From Alphaproteobacteria bacterium (GTDB taxonomy: Bacteria; Pseudomonadota; Alphaproteobacteria; SHVV01), in contig OZ253470.1 in the NCBI GenBank assembly GCA_965261735.1, positions 416,001 through 480,000 of the forward strand: 64,000 nucleotides of DNA, in the 5' to 3' direction. The position numbers and the translations under genes are program-made. Below are positions 41,989 through 53,231 of the stretch, piece by piece. Within the stretch, counting starts at the first letter, position 1, and every line of letters starts with the position of its first letter. The notes below the pieces were generated by a model, which worked only from the letters and a program-made list of their open reading frames with translations, was not told the DNA's origin and did not search any database.

Positions 41989-42657
41989 TCAAAATAATTG
42001 GCGTCTTTTCCGATATGCGGACGAGAGGGTTTGGACCGAGCGCCAGGAGTCCTCGCCATAGTAATAGTATCTCGCACCGATACGAGCAGCGAGCTCTGCC
42101 GGCGGATAGCGCAGGTGGGTCCAGCCGGCGGCATGACCTTCACGGGCTTTCCTCTTGATGAGGTTCTCCGTGTAGCGCCTGTACAGACCATTGACGATCA
42201 TATCGCGCTGACGCTTGTCGATTGGCGGCAGTGGCTGTCGACCCAGGGGCGGCTTGATATTCCCGGCGAGGAACTTACAGAGGTAGTCCAGAAGAACATT
42301 CGGGATCTCGCCTGCGTCTTCACGTCGCAAGACGTCGGCCAGCTCCGGGCCGCTGATAAAATCGCCCGACTGTATTCGTTTCGTGATGTGCCCCAGGTAG
42401 CGCCGGTGGGTCTCTCCGAGGTGTTGACTTTTTGAGTTGGGGACTTTCGGCCGACCTCTCCGTCTCCTGACTTCCCCGGCGAGGAATCGGCATAAGTAGT
42501 CCAAGAAGATTTTCGGAAAGGGGAGATTGTCCTTGTTTCGGAGGGCGTCCGCAAGGTTCTCACCGTCGATGTAGTCGCCCTTCTCGATGCGTCTTATTAA
42601 CCAATCGAAGCGATCAGAATTTATCCTAAATTCTGCCATCGTTTCTCTCTTGAACAA
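41989..42657 (-). CDS. Hypothetical protein with an internal duplication
   Basis: GDYIDGENLADALR..FLDYLCRFLAG..GR repeated as GDFISGPELADVLR..LLDYLCKFLAG..GR. Confidence 0.65.
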   Translation of the reverse strand: MFKRETMAEFRINSDRFDWLIRRIEKGDYIDGENLADALRNKDNLPFPKIFLDYLCRFLAGEVRRRRGRPKVPNSKSQHLGETHRRYLGHITKRIQSGDFISGPELADVLRREDAGEIPNVLLDYLCKFLAGNIKPPLGRQPLPPIDKRQRDMIVNGLYRRYTENLIKRKAREGHAAGWTHLRYPPAELAARIGARYYYYGEDSWRSVQTLSSAYRKRRQLF

Positions 42658-43240
42658 TTCTTCGGCACCTGGCTGGTGACCAATTTGCCGAAATCTCTAT
42701 GAGCGAACAGATGACCGCCTCCGATTTGAGTGGTCAGGTTTGTTCGTTAGTGTGTGATTGCCGTAGGTCAACGGCAACGATGGTTCCTGGATCCTATCCG
42801 CGACGACGAGCACTTGCGTTGAACCCCTCACCGCCCGGACTCCCGCCGGGTGGCGAGGGGGGAGGCACAGCTAACTCGGTGCATCTGACGCTGCTGGATG
42901 TGCCGAACTAGATCGGTATCGCGCTTCTGCTGCTTCCGCCGCTGATGGCCATGACGCCCGTAGCGGTGCCGCCGGCCAACGCAACGATCCCCATGGCGCT
43001 GCCGCCGCCGCAGTGGCATGAGGCTCTGTGAATCGGCTTGATGTGCATGTCAGTCAATAGGCGTCCTCAGTTCCGTGGTATTCAATCTCAGTTCTGCCTG
43101 AATTCTTTCAGCGTCTCTGAAATCAGCATACCGCGTTGGATTCTCAACCCCGCTTCCAATCACGATGAACTCGTACCCCAACTCCTGACACGCCGTCTTA
43201 TCCCAGGGTCCGTCACCAAAGTAGGTTCTTCGTGCTGGAA

Positions 43241-43435
43241 AATTCCCTGTTAGGCCAATAATAATTCCCTGTTCCGTGGCGTAGGGAATTAGGTCTCTAT
43301 TCCCTATGATATCAACGCCTTAGACGGCCCACTCCCGCCGATTTAAGGTCGAATCTGCAATAATTCCCTGTATTTTCCCTGTTTAACAGGGAATTGGCGC
43401 AGAGACAGGTTCGCAGCAGACTGCGTCCACCGCCA
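43241..43435 (+). repeat. CCCTGTT repeat module and att-like end (GGTTCG...CCGCCA)
   Basis: CCCTG at 43245/43267, palindrome TTCCCTGTTTAACAGGGAA 43375-43393; abrupt AT-rich DNA after 43435. Confidence 0.7.
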
Positions 43436-43575
43436 CTCAACTTCTACAATCAATTGATATTAAACAATAAATATCTAAACAAATTTTTAGGAACCCCCAT
43501 TAGTTCCCACAAATAGGCTGAGAATCAACGGGACCCGGTAAGCACTCACAAGACGAATAGGCCAACTCGTGTTAG

Positions 43576-45219
43576 CCCGCATTTCCCAGGTAGCTCATCT
43601 ATTTGATGCCGTTTCCACTTGATTTTGTTATAAGAATCATAGGTTTAGGCTAGATAGAGGGTGGATCGCATGCGGAACCCGGAGGGTGAATCGGATCGGC
43701 GGCCTCTGCGGCCTTGTTTAGACCGTCGCCTGAAGCTGGAGTTCCACGGTTCACGGGTCACGTCGGACGCCGGTCTGCTCGCCTATCGGGAACTCGATGA
43801 TATCCTTGGCCTCACCGCCCTGGCGAGCAATGTCCTGGCTGACAGCCGGACGGGCAAGAACGGCTGGCACGACGTTGTCGGACTGCTGCGTCAGTCCGTC
43901 TATGGACGTCTCGCCGGATATGAGGACGTGAACGACGCCGACCGGTTGGGGCGCGATCCTGCGATGCGGTGGATCGTCGGCGGAAAGGCCGTCGAGCGCG
44001 GCGGCGCATCGACCAGCCAGATGAGCCGCTTGGAGACCGAGTTGCTGTCCAAGGACGAGAACCTCACCTCCCTTGCCGACCTGTCCGGGCTTTGGATCGA
44101 CCGGGTTCACGACCGCCGGCCGCCGGTCAAGATCATTCTCGATATGGATTCCAGCGTCAGCCCGACCTACGGTGACCAGGAGGGCACGGCCTACAACGGT
44201 CACTTTGGCTGCACCTGTTATCATCCCCTGTTCCTGTTCAATCAGTTTGGCGACCTGGAGCGATGTCGCCTACGTCCCGGCAACGTTCACAGTGCCGATG
44301 GATGGCGCGACGTTCTGGAGCCGGTGGTAGAACGCTACAAGGCCACGAAGGTTCGGCTCTATTTTCGCGGTGACGCGGCGTTTGCCTCGCCGGACATTTA
44401 CGAATACCTCGAAGCCGAGGGCTTTCTGTATGCGATCCGCCTTCCGGCCGACACGGTTCTCCAGGAAAGCATCGCCCACCTGTTGACCCGGCCCGTTGGT
44501 CGGCCGCCCAACCATGTTCGCCGCTACTACACCAACTTCAGCTATCAGGCCGGTTCGTGGAACAAGAAACGTCGTGTGGTTGCCAAGGTCGAATGGCATC
44601 CCGGCGAACTGTACCCCCGCGTCGGCTTCATCGTCACCAACCTGAGCCGTCCTGCCGAGCGGGTGGTTGCGTTCTACAATCAGCGCGGCACCGCCGAGCA
44701 ATGGATCAAGGAAGGCAAGAACGCCATCAAGTGGACGCTTGTCCTGCCGCAAGTTCGACCACAATGCCGTCCGGCTCCAGCTGCATGCACTGGCCTATAA
44801 CCTCGGCAACTTCATGCGCACCCTGGCGTTGCCCGATTCCGTGGAGCAGTGGTCGCTGACGACGCTGCGGGAGAAGCTGATCAAGATCGGCGCGAAGATC
44901 GTCCGCCACGGCCGCTACGTCATCTTCCAGATGGCCGAGGTCGCCATCCCGAGAGACCTCTTCGCCGACATCCTGCGCCGCATCGACCGGCTCAGACCGA
45001 CGCGCACTCCGGCATGACCGACGGCATCCCGCTCATCCACGCAGACGACAGGATCGGTGCATCTGGTATGCAGCAGAAGAGTCCGTTTGCCCCGCCACCC
45101 CCGCCAATTGTCCCTCCATCCGATGGAATCGGATTACAGGCGGCCGCAGGACGCAAGCCAGTTGCAATGCGAGCGGTTCCGAGTCACGATCAACTCGGTG
45201 TACAAATGGGTAACCTCGG
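43576..45219 (+). mobile_element. IS1380 family element, transposase 43661-45017 frameshifted near 44737
   Basis: VTSDAGLL, GYEDVNDA, LDMDSS, RGDAAF, YNQRGTAEQWIKE; ends approximate. Confidence 0.9.
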
Positions 45220-45387
45220 CTAAAAGGTGACTGGCCGGGCTCTTGATCGCCAAATCGGCTCGACGAAGGGGCGAATCGCTATGCAGACTGCCGAATCAGG
45301 ACCGGGTTCGCATTCAACGCCATATTTGCTACGCTACCGGTGATGCAAATGGTCATTCAGGGAATCTCGGATTAACGGGCACCAGGG

Positions 45388-46899
45388 ATGGAGAGCGTGA
45401 CTCACGCCAATGAGCGCGACTCGGCCGCCATTCGGGCCGGGCTCGACCATCCGGTGATCGACGGCGACGGCCACCTGGTCGAAATCGGCCCGGTGCTGCT
45501 CGATTTCCTCAAGGACGTGGCCGGCCCCGAGATGGTGCAGCGCTACGTCGATACGGTGAGCCGGAAGGACGGATCGAACCACCGCTGGTACCGGATGACG
45601 CCCGAGGAGCGGGTCCATCAGCGCGCGAGCCGGCCTTCGTTCTGGGCCGTCCCGACGGCCGCCACCCATGACCGCGCCGCCGTCATGCTGCCGGCGCTGC
45701 AGCGCGAGCGCCTCGACATCTACGGCATCGACTACGCGTTCCTCTATCCGACCGAGGGTTTGGGAATGGCGCTCTTTGCCGAAACCGACATGCGGCTGGC
45801 GGCGATTCGTGCCTACAATATGATGAATGCCGAGCTGTTCGCGCCGCACGGCGCGCGCCTCGCGCCGGCGGCGCTCATTCCCATGAACACACCCGAGGAG
45901 GCGATCGCCGAGCTCGATTTCGCGGTCGGCGAGCTCGGCATGCGGGCGATAATGATCGTCGGCACGGTGCGCCGCCCGATTCCGGCGGCGCTCGCCGCCG
46001 CGCCGAAAGTTCCACTCAACCACCTCGCGACCTGGATCGATCCCCTGGCGCTCGACAGCGCCTACGACTACGACCCGGTGTGGCAAAGGATCGTCGATCT
46101 CAAGCTCGCCGCTACCGACCATGGATTCGCCGCCCGCTGGGCCCACCGCAGGTCGATCTCGAGCTTCAACTACAATCACATCGGCCATTTCTCGGATTCG
46201 GCGGCGGCGTTTGCCAAGGCGCTGTTCTTCGGCGGGGTGACGCGCCGCTTCCCGACGCTCAAGTTCGCCTTCCTCGAATGCGGGGTGGGGTGGGCGTGCG
46301 GCCTGTACAACGATCTCGTCGGGCACTGGGAGAAGCGCAGCCGCATGGCACTGGAGAGGAACCTCGACCCCGCAAGGATCGACCGCGCTCTGTTCGCCGA
46401 ACTGGTCGAACGCTACGGCGACGAGCGCGCGCGCTCAAAGCTCGACATCCTGCGGTTGCGCGACGGGGTCTACCTCGAAAGCCATCCCGAGACGGCCGAA
46501 ACGCTCGACGAATGGGCTGCCTGCGGAATCGCCCGGGCCGAGGACATCCACGACCTCTTCGTGCCCAATTTCTACTTCGGCTGCGAGGCCGACGATCCGA
46601 TGAACGCCCTCGCCTTCGATACGCGCCTCAACCGGTTCGGTGCGCGTCTCAAGCCGATCCTGAGTTCGGACATCGGCCACTGGGACGTACCCGACGCGAC
46701 AAAGGTCCTGGTCGAGGCCTATGAGCTGGTCGAGCGCGAGCTGATAGCGCCCGAGGACTTCCGCGACTTCGCGTTCACAAACGCGGCCGAACTGCACAGC
46801 GGGCTCAATCCGCATTTCTTCAAGGGCACGGCGGTCGAGGACGCGGTCAGCGCCTGGCAGGGCTCGCGCCCCAGCGGTGAGGCCGCCGCGCGCGCCTGA
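45388..46899 (+). CDS. Amidohydrolase family protein (amidohydro_2-like)
   Basis: VIDGDGH, LYPT, AYN, FLECGVGW, SSDIGHWD. Confidence 0.85.
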   Translation: MESVTHANERDSAAIRAGLDHPVIDGDGHLVEIGPVLLDFLKDVAGPEMVQRYVDTVSRKDGSNHRWYRMTPEERVHQRASRPSFWAVPTAATHDRAAVMLPALQRERLDIYGIDYAFLYPTEGLGMALFAETDMRLAAIRAYNMMNAELFAPHGARLAPAALIPMNTPEEAIAELDFAVGELGMRAIMIVGTVRRPIPAALAAAPKVPLNHLATWIDPLALDSAYDYDPVWQRIVDLKLAATDHGFAARWAHRRSISSFNYNHIGHFSDSAAAFAKALFFGGVTRRFPTLKFAFLECGVGWACGLYNDLVGHWEKRSRMALERNLDPARIDRALFAELVERYGDERARSKLDILRLRDGVYLESHPETAETLDEWAACGIARAEDIHDLFVPNFYFGCEADDPMNALAFDTRLNRFGARLKPILSSDIGHWDVPDATKVLVEAYELVERELIAPEDFRDFAFTNAAELHSGLNPHFFKGTAVEDAVSAWQGSRPSGEAAARA

Positions 46900-47102
46900 C
46901 CCCTCGGCCGGGGCTGAGGCCGCCGGCGCGGGCAAATGATGGGCGCGCTAGGCGACAACGCTGCGCTCGGTAGTCAGGGCGAGTCGGCACGGTATCCTGA
47001 CAAGCGTCGGTCAGATCGGATTTAGTACAGCAGCTGTTGAATACGTAACCCGGCCACGCAGGCCGAACAGACCCAACTTTCGAACAGGCAAGGGAGGAAG
47101 TC

Positions 47103-48140
47103 ATGACAATAGATTTTCAGCGCCTGACCTCGCTGCTGGTGGGAGTTATAGCCGCCGGCGCCATGGCCGTGGCGTCACCGGCGGTGGACGCGCAGGCTAC
47201 CTACGAAGCCGCCAAGAAAGAGGGCAAGCTCGTCTACTATTCCGGCCAGCCGATCGAGCTGCTGCAGACTCTGAAGGGCGATTTCCAGAGCAAGTATCCG
47301 GGGATCGACGTCGATTTCTACCGCGGCGACGCCCGGCAGTACGTCCAGCGCTTCGAGACCGAATCGAAGACCGGCCGACACGTCGTCGACGTGATGCTGT
47401 CGACCGTCGTGACCACGCCGCGCTGGGTGGAGCAGGGCCTGCTGGCAGCGTACGTTTCGCCGGGGCAGGCGGACTATCCGCCCGCGCTCAGGGACGCCAA
47501 CGGCTACAACAATCCGTACGCCATGAACAACACGAGCTTCGCCTGGAACACCAACCTGGTGAAGCCCGGCGAGGAGCCCAAGACCTGGAACGACCTGCTC
47601 GATCCGAAGTGGAAGGGCAGGATGGGCATGCTGGATCCATTGGGGGGCGGCGGTTCCCGCAGCTGGGTCGTCACGATGCGTCAAGAGCTCGGCGAAGAGA
47701 AGTGGCTCGACTACATGAATAAGCTCGCCGCCCAGAAGCCCAAATATGGGCGCTACATGCAGGTGCGCGAGATGCTCATGTCGGGCGAGATCGCCATTCA
47801 CATCGCCGCCTATCCCCAATTCACCGAGCCGGTGAAGATCGACGGGGCTCCCGTCGATTGGGGAGTGCCGGAATGGATGACGGTCTTGGGCCTGGTTACC
47901 AGCCTGTCGGCCAACGCGCCGCACCCCAATGCGGGCAAACTGTTCATCGACTACATGATGTCGGACTCGGCGCAGAAAATCCTCGGCGACTCAGGAAGAG
48001 TCCCCGCCAAGCCGGAATTGATCGGCGGTGGCTACGCCAAGCTCAAGGGCGCCAAGCTCGTACCCAACGCCATGCCGGCCGAGGTCGTGTCGGAGGAGTA
48101 CTTCCAGGAGAATATCAGGAGGATTTTCGGCAAAAAGTAA
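47103..48140 (+). CDS. ABC substrate-binding protein (AfuA/PotD-like)
   Basis: AAKKEGKLVYYS, PKTWNDLLDPKWKG, APHPNAGKLF. Confidence 0.88.
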   Translation: MTIDFQRLTSLLVGVIAAGAMAVASPAVDAQATYEAAKKEGKLVYYSGQPIELLQTLKGDFQSKYPGIDVDFYRGDARQYVQRFETESKTGRHVVDVMLSTVVTTPRWVEQGLLAAYVSPGQADYPPALRDANGYNNPYAMNNTSFAWNTNLVKPGEEPKTWNDLLDPKWKGRMGMLDPLGGGGSRSWVVTMRQELGEEKWLDYMNKLAAQKPKYGRYMQVREMLMSGEIAIHIAAYPQFTEPVKIDGAPVDWGVPEWMTVLGLVTSLSANAPHPNAGKLFIDYMMSDSAQKILGDSGRVPAKPELIGGGYAKLKGAKLVPNAMPAEVVSEEYFQENIRRIFGKK

Positions 48141-48306
48141 GTATCGCTTGAATCGGCGGTCGCGACACCGGCCGCCGATTCACACCACCTCGGGAGGTTA
48201 GCGAGGAGTAACGCTGCACCTTCTGCGGCGCGCAAAATGCGCCCCCGAGCTTTCCCATGCCGGCAAAAGGCCGGCACTCGGCACCGAGATCAGCGGCCTC
48301 GACTTG

Positions 48307-48780
48307 TCAGAGCCGCTTGATGACACCCGTGTTCGCCAGCTCGGGGAGCGCCGCCGCGTATTCATCGAGCGCACGAACCCCGGCGGGCGTCAAAGCGTAG
48401 GTGCCGTATGAGACCCGCTCGAACCAGCCGTAGACGTCGCGCTGCAGGACGCGCGGCGCGCGCCCGACGCCGGTCGCCGCCCTCACCGCCGGCCACCCGC
48501 GCCGGCCCCTCGTCGAGCGCGACTGCGCGGCGCAGAGCGTCCTGGCGATAAGCGGTCATGATCGCCCGCCGGTTCGTGCCGCCGCGGTTGGGATCGCCCA
48601 CCCGGCGCTCGAACTCGCCCACCAGGCGCGCCCTCCGGCGCTTGTTCGGCGGCGGCCGATAGGGTGCCGGGTCGAGGTATACCTCCACTCGCGCCGGCCC
48701 GGCACCGCCGCCGCGCACCGTAATCAGCCCAAGGCCGATCATTCGGCAGAGCTTGACAACGTCGCGCCGCCGCCGCGGAA
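48307..48780 (-). pseudogene. DUF2161 family protein, truncated and frameshifted
   Basis: LCRMIGLGL, EFERRVGDPNRGG, MTAYRQDAL; other frame DVYGWFERV. Confidence 0.75.
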
Positions 48781-49096
48781 GAGCTGGGCCGTTTGCCGCC
48801 TTCCCGGCGCGCGCGGTGGTGGACCGAAAGGCGAGCGCAACGGTATGTATCGGCACGGGCACTATACGAAGGAAGCCGTGAAGGAGCGCCGTTTCCTCCG
48901 GGAGCTTATCCTGAAATCCCGCGGAGCCCTCCCAAGCGCGGCCGAGCTATGAGCAGCGGGAGTGGATAAAGCGCGACACGTTGCCGATGAGCCGGCGGCA
49001 AAGGCCGCCACGCTGCGCTTGGCCGGTGCCGGTGGCCGGCTTCGGCAACGGGGCGGTCCTTAAGCCGTGTACTCCTACGGCGAATAAAAGCCGCTC

Positions 49097-50698
49097 TCAG
49101 CGGGCCGGCTTAAAATACTCGTAGGACAGGCCGGCGCTCGGCCAGCCGCTGTAGGGCACCCAATTGGTGACGTTCTTGCTGGCGCCGAACAGCGCGTTGA
49201 CATACATCACCGGGATTAGCGTGTAGGTATCCTTCAGACTGTACATGAGGTCCTGGAACATCTTCTCCCGCTTCACCATGTCTGTTTGCTGCGCCACGGC
49301 GGCGTACTTATCGTCCCACGGCACATTGGCGACTAACTTTTTGCCATTGGCCGACACGAAGTTCCTCATTTGGCCGACCGGGAACGAAGACCGCGGGACA
49401 CGGAATGTGTACGCCGCGCCCACCGCCTCGTCCGGGCGGCCGTAGGCAACCGGTCCGAACGCCCCCCACTCGGTCGAGACGAGTTCTGTTTCGACGCCGA
49501 TCTTCTTCCAATAGTCGGCTAGGACCTGCGCCATCTTGGGCAACCACTGGGCCCCGGCGAGCGGTAACGTGTAGAACCTTATTTTGAATCCGTCCGGATA
49601 GCCCGCCTCGGCGAGCAGGCGCTTGGCTTCCTTGGGATCATGGGGTGTCTGGTTGTTTCTTGCCCACGCTTCATCCCAGCCGAAACCCTCCGGGAACGCC
49701 GGAAATACGGGGGTTAGCCGGCCCTTGCCAAGGGCCATGAACTCAAGCAGTTCTTCGCGGTCGATCGCCGTGGCGAGGGCCTTGCGGACGTTCCTGATAG
49801 CTGTAGCGCGGTTGAGCGTCTTGGCGCGCTCCTCCCAGGTGCCGAGGAAGCTCACGAACACCACGATCGAGTTCGGCACGTCCAGCACCTGGTTGCCGCT
49901 GGCTAAGATCTCCTTGGCCGAGTCGAAGCCGATGTCCGCGAGATCCACTTCGCCGCGCTTGAGCATGGCGACGCGGGTGCTCTCTTCGGGCACCAGTATC
50001 ACCCGCAAGCGGTCGAATCCGGGCGTTGGCCGATAGGGATGGCCGCTCACCGCCTCATAGAGGAAGTAGGAGCCCGTCTTGTGCTCGATCAACTTCCATG
50101 GGCCGCTGCCGATCGGGTTCTTGCGGAACCCCTCGTCGCCCACTTCGTCGGTGTACTTCTTCGGCGTGATCGCCGCCACCACCGTATCGCCGGGGCCCAG
50201 GGCTTCGATGAAGTCGGGCCACGGACTGTTCAGATGAAAGATGATCTTGTACGGACCGACGACCTCGGTCGATGCGATGTTATTCACGAAGTGACCGCCG
50301 AAGGAGCCCGTTCCCCTCTCCATCCGCTTGGTGAAGTGGTTGGCAACATCTTCGGCGGTCACATCATCGCCGTTGTGCCACTTCATCCCTTTACGGATGT
50401 TGAAGGTGTAGGCCTTGCCATCGGCGGACACCGTCCAGCTCTCTGCGATGCCCGGGATCGGTTTGCGGTCGCGGCTCATCGTCACCAGATGGTCGTACAA
50501 CGGCGCCTGATACTGGTGCATGGCGAAGCCGCCGTCGATGGGATCGATTTTTTCGCCGGTGAAGGTGCCGACCGCGACCCTCAGTTCGGTCTGGGCTGCC
50601 GCCGTTCCCATCGGCCAGGCAAAACCCAGCGTTAGGGCAACCAAGAGGATCGGCACCAAAGCGATGCGCCCCATTCGGAAAATTCGGGAACTACACAT
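49097..50698 (-). CDS. ABC substrate-binding protein, family 5
   Basis: WHNGDDVTAEDV, PIGSGPW, VRKALATAIDR, LLAEAGYPDGF. Confidence 0.9.
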   Translation of the reverse strand: MCSSRIFRMGRIALVPILLVALTLGFAWPMGTAAAQTELRVAVGTFTGEKIDPIDGGFAMHQYQAPLYDHLVTMSRDRKPIPGIAESWTVSADGKAYTFNIRKGMKWHNGDDVTAEDVANHFTKRMERGTGSFGGHFVNNIASTEVVGPYKIIFHLNSPWPDFIEALGPGDTVVAAITPKKYTDEVGDEGFRKNPIGSGPWKLIEHKTGSYFLYEAVSGHPYRPTPGFDRLRVILVPEESTRVAMLKRGEVDLADIGFDSAKEILASGNQVLDVPNSIVVFVSFLGTWEERAKTLNRATAIRNVRKALATAIDREELLEFMALGKGRLTPVFPAFPEGFGWDEAWARNNQTPHDPKEAKRLLAEAGYPDGFKIRFYTLPLAGAQWLPKMAQVLADYWKKIGVETELVSTEWGAFGPVAYGRPDEAVGAAYTFRVPRSSFPVGQMRNFVSANGKKLVANVPWDDKYAAVAQQTDMVKREKMFQDLMYSLKDTYTLIPVMYVNALFGASKNVTNWVPYSGWPSAGLSYEYFKPAR

Positions 50699-51520
50699 TT
50701 GATCTCTCCCTTTGATTGTTGCGCAGGGCACGTCTTTTCGCTGCGCGCCACATATCATTGACTCCCGACCGCGCTGTAGCGCTGGCCGGCGCCGCAAAAG
50801 CCTCTAACCACTCTGACTCATCGCCTCGGCAGCGGCCGGATCCAGGGTACATCAAGCGGCGGCCGCCGATACGTCGATGAGTGGGGCAATAGCATCAACG
50901 GAAGCGTCGAGAGCGTCAAGCGCGTTCACCAATGGCTCCGGCGCCGCAGCCCTGTCGCAGGCCACAGCCGGGCCTATGCTCCGCTACCGGCGCGAAGCGT
51001 CGCATCAGGCGAGTGACCCCGCGGGGCGAGGGCTGCCCGGCTTCCGGCCAGTTCCCCGTCTCCTTCCACCCCACCGAGGGCGTGTTCTTGCTAGTGCGGC
51101 ACGATGCCGCGGCGGGCTTGAGCATGACCTGTACCTACGATCTCAAGCACAATGCCTACCGCCGTATCGAGGGCACCGAGCTACCACTGCTCGGCTCGAG
51201 CGCTGAGGCGGCGATAGCTAGGCGCAATTTCCTTCTTCACGACATTCGTTTTGTATTCTGGACGATCCAGACAGCCGCCAACCTCCGCTCGTTCGCGCGA
51301 CGCCGTCCGAGCTATGACGAGATGGCTGCCAAGCTTGTTGAGGGCGAGCCAACGCGGAGATTACACGGTTTCAGCCAGGCCACTATCCGGCAAATCTTGT
51401 TGGGCATATACCCTCCAGCGAAACGGCGGAACATCGGCGGCCTTTAGAACCGCGCTTCTGTCTAATGTCCGGCTGTGGCTAAGAGGCGAAGTTCGGATTA
51501 GGTCGCCGGTGCGACCGCTC

Positions 51521-52625
51521 CTTGGCTATCCGGTTTACACCCACACCCACTAGGGCTAGAATGGGTGCAACCCGGATATAGGGGAGCGCGCCATGGATGT
51601 TCTCGACCGCGCCGATCTCCCATTCCCGCATTCGCTACCCGAGTTCCAGCGACTTTTCCCCGATGATGCGGCCTGCGCCGCCTACCTGGAGAAAGCCCGC
51701 TGGGGAGACGGCTTTGCCTGCCCGCACTGCGGCACGGCGGGAGAGCCGTTCCACTTTGAAAACCGCCCTGGCGTCCTGCGCTGCCGCAAGTGCCGCCAGA
51801 ACACCGGGCTGACGGTGGGAACAGTGATGGAGCGTAGCCACACTCCGCTGAACGTCTGGTTCTGGGCCGCTTATCTGGTCGCCAGTCAGACGCCCGGCAT
51901 GTCCGCCGTGCAGTTTCAGCGGCAACTTGGTCTTTCGCGCTACGAGACGGCCTTTCAAATTCTCCACAAGCTCCGCTCGGGCATGGTGCGGCCCAACCAA
52001 GACAGGATCGGTGGACAGCCCAAGAACCATGTTGAGGTGGACGAAACCTGGGTTGGCGGGCGAACGCGTGGGGAAGGCCGTGGTGTTCACCACAAGGTTC
52101 CCGTCTCCTGTGCCATCGAGGTGCGTCATCGAAAGCCGGGCACCAAGCTCGACAACCGGAAAGACGGACGCTATGCCGGACGCGTTCGGCTCGCCGTCGT
52201 GCTCGACCGTAGCGCCGAGTCGCTCTGTGGGTTCGTCGAGAGCACCGTCGCGCCGCGATCGCTGATCGTTACTGACGATTGGAGCGGCTATGCTGGCCTC
52301 GGTAAGCGCGGCTATGAGCACTTCGCTGTTGCCGAGTGTGGTGATCCAGAGGTTGCCGAGCAATACCTGCCGATCATCCATCTGGTTTTCGCCAACCTGA
52401 AGACGTGGCTGATCGGTATCCACCACGGCGTTAGCCACCAGCACCTACAAGCCTACCTCAACGAGTTCACCTTCCGCTTCAACAGGCGGTTCTACCCGTT
52501 CAACGCCTTCCGCTCATTGCTCGGCATCGCGGGCGACACCTCTGCTCCAACCTATGCCGAGCTTTACTCGGGAGAGTGGCGGCACCCTACATGTAGCGGT
52601 CATGGGTGTTAACCGGATAGGCAAG
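51521..52625 (+). mobile_element. IS1595-family element, complete (transposase 51593-52612)
   Basis: IRs CTTG(G/C)CTATCCGG, 8-bp DR GACCGCTC. Confidence 0.95.
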
Positions 52626-53060
52626 GACCGCTCTACCCCTGAAAGCCGACCATCGGGCGTAACGTCGGCCTTGCCCCGATTTCGTCTGCTCCACCCGAGG
52701 GAGCAGACCATCCTTTCGATCCAGCCGTTCGTCTGGTCCTGACCCTATCCGGACGTCGCTCGAGATGACATCAGCTACCGTTTGAAATCGGCAGTAGCGC
52801 GACAAGTGACGTGTAGCGGCCCCGGGCTTGATGCGGCGCCGCCGAGCTGTTGAGACTCTGGGCAACGCGAGGGTGGCGCCGGTCCCAGCGCCTTCTCTCG
52901 AATCGAAGGTGTGAGCTGACGGGCTAATCCTGAGGTGTGGGCACTACCGGTTTTACATACGCGAACGGCCACACCGTCAAATACACCCTCTGTGCATCCG
53001 AAGGCGTCGACATCAAGCAGGGGCACGACATGCCGGCGCACCAAGTGGCGCGGATCATGC

Positions 53061-53231
53061 TCACCCGTCGGGCGGCGTTCGCATCGCCTTTCTGAGCCGC
53101 CGGACTTCCCACCAGACCCAGATGCCGCCGCCGATGACGAGCACGAGTACAAGCACCATCACCGTTTTTATGAATAGGTTCCAGATCAAAAGGAGCAAGA
53201 CCGCGCCTAAGGCGATCCACAAGCGAAACAT
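53061..53231 (-). CDS. 56-aa small membrane protein
   Basis: RBS GAAAGGA; MFRLWIALGAVLLLLIWNLFIKTVMVLVLVLVIGGGIWVWWEVRRLRKAMRTPPDG*. Confidence 0.6.
   Translation of the reverse strand: MFRLWIALGAVLLLLIWNLFIKTVMVLVLVLVIGGGIWVWWEVRRLRKAMRTPPDG

Noticed and set aside
50932-51447. 171-aa ORF
   Set aside because: Probably the C-terminus of a truncated unknown gene; no credible start or motif
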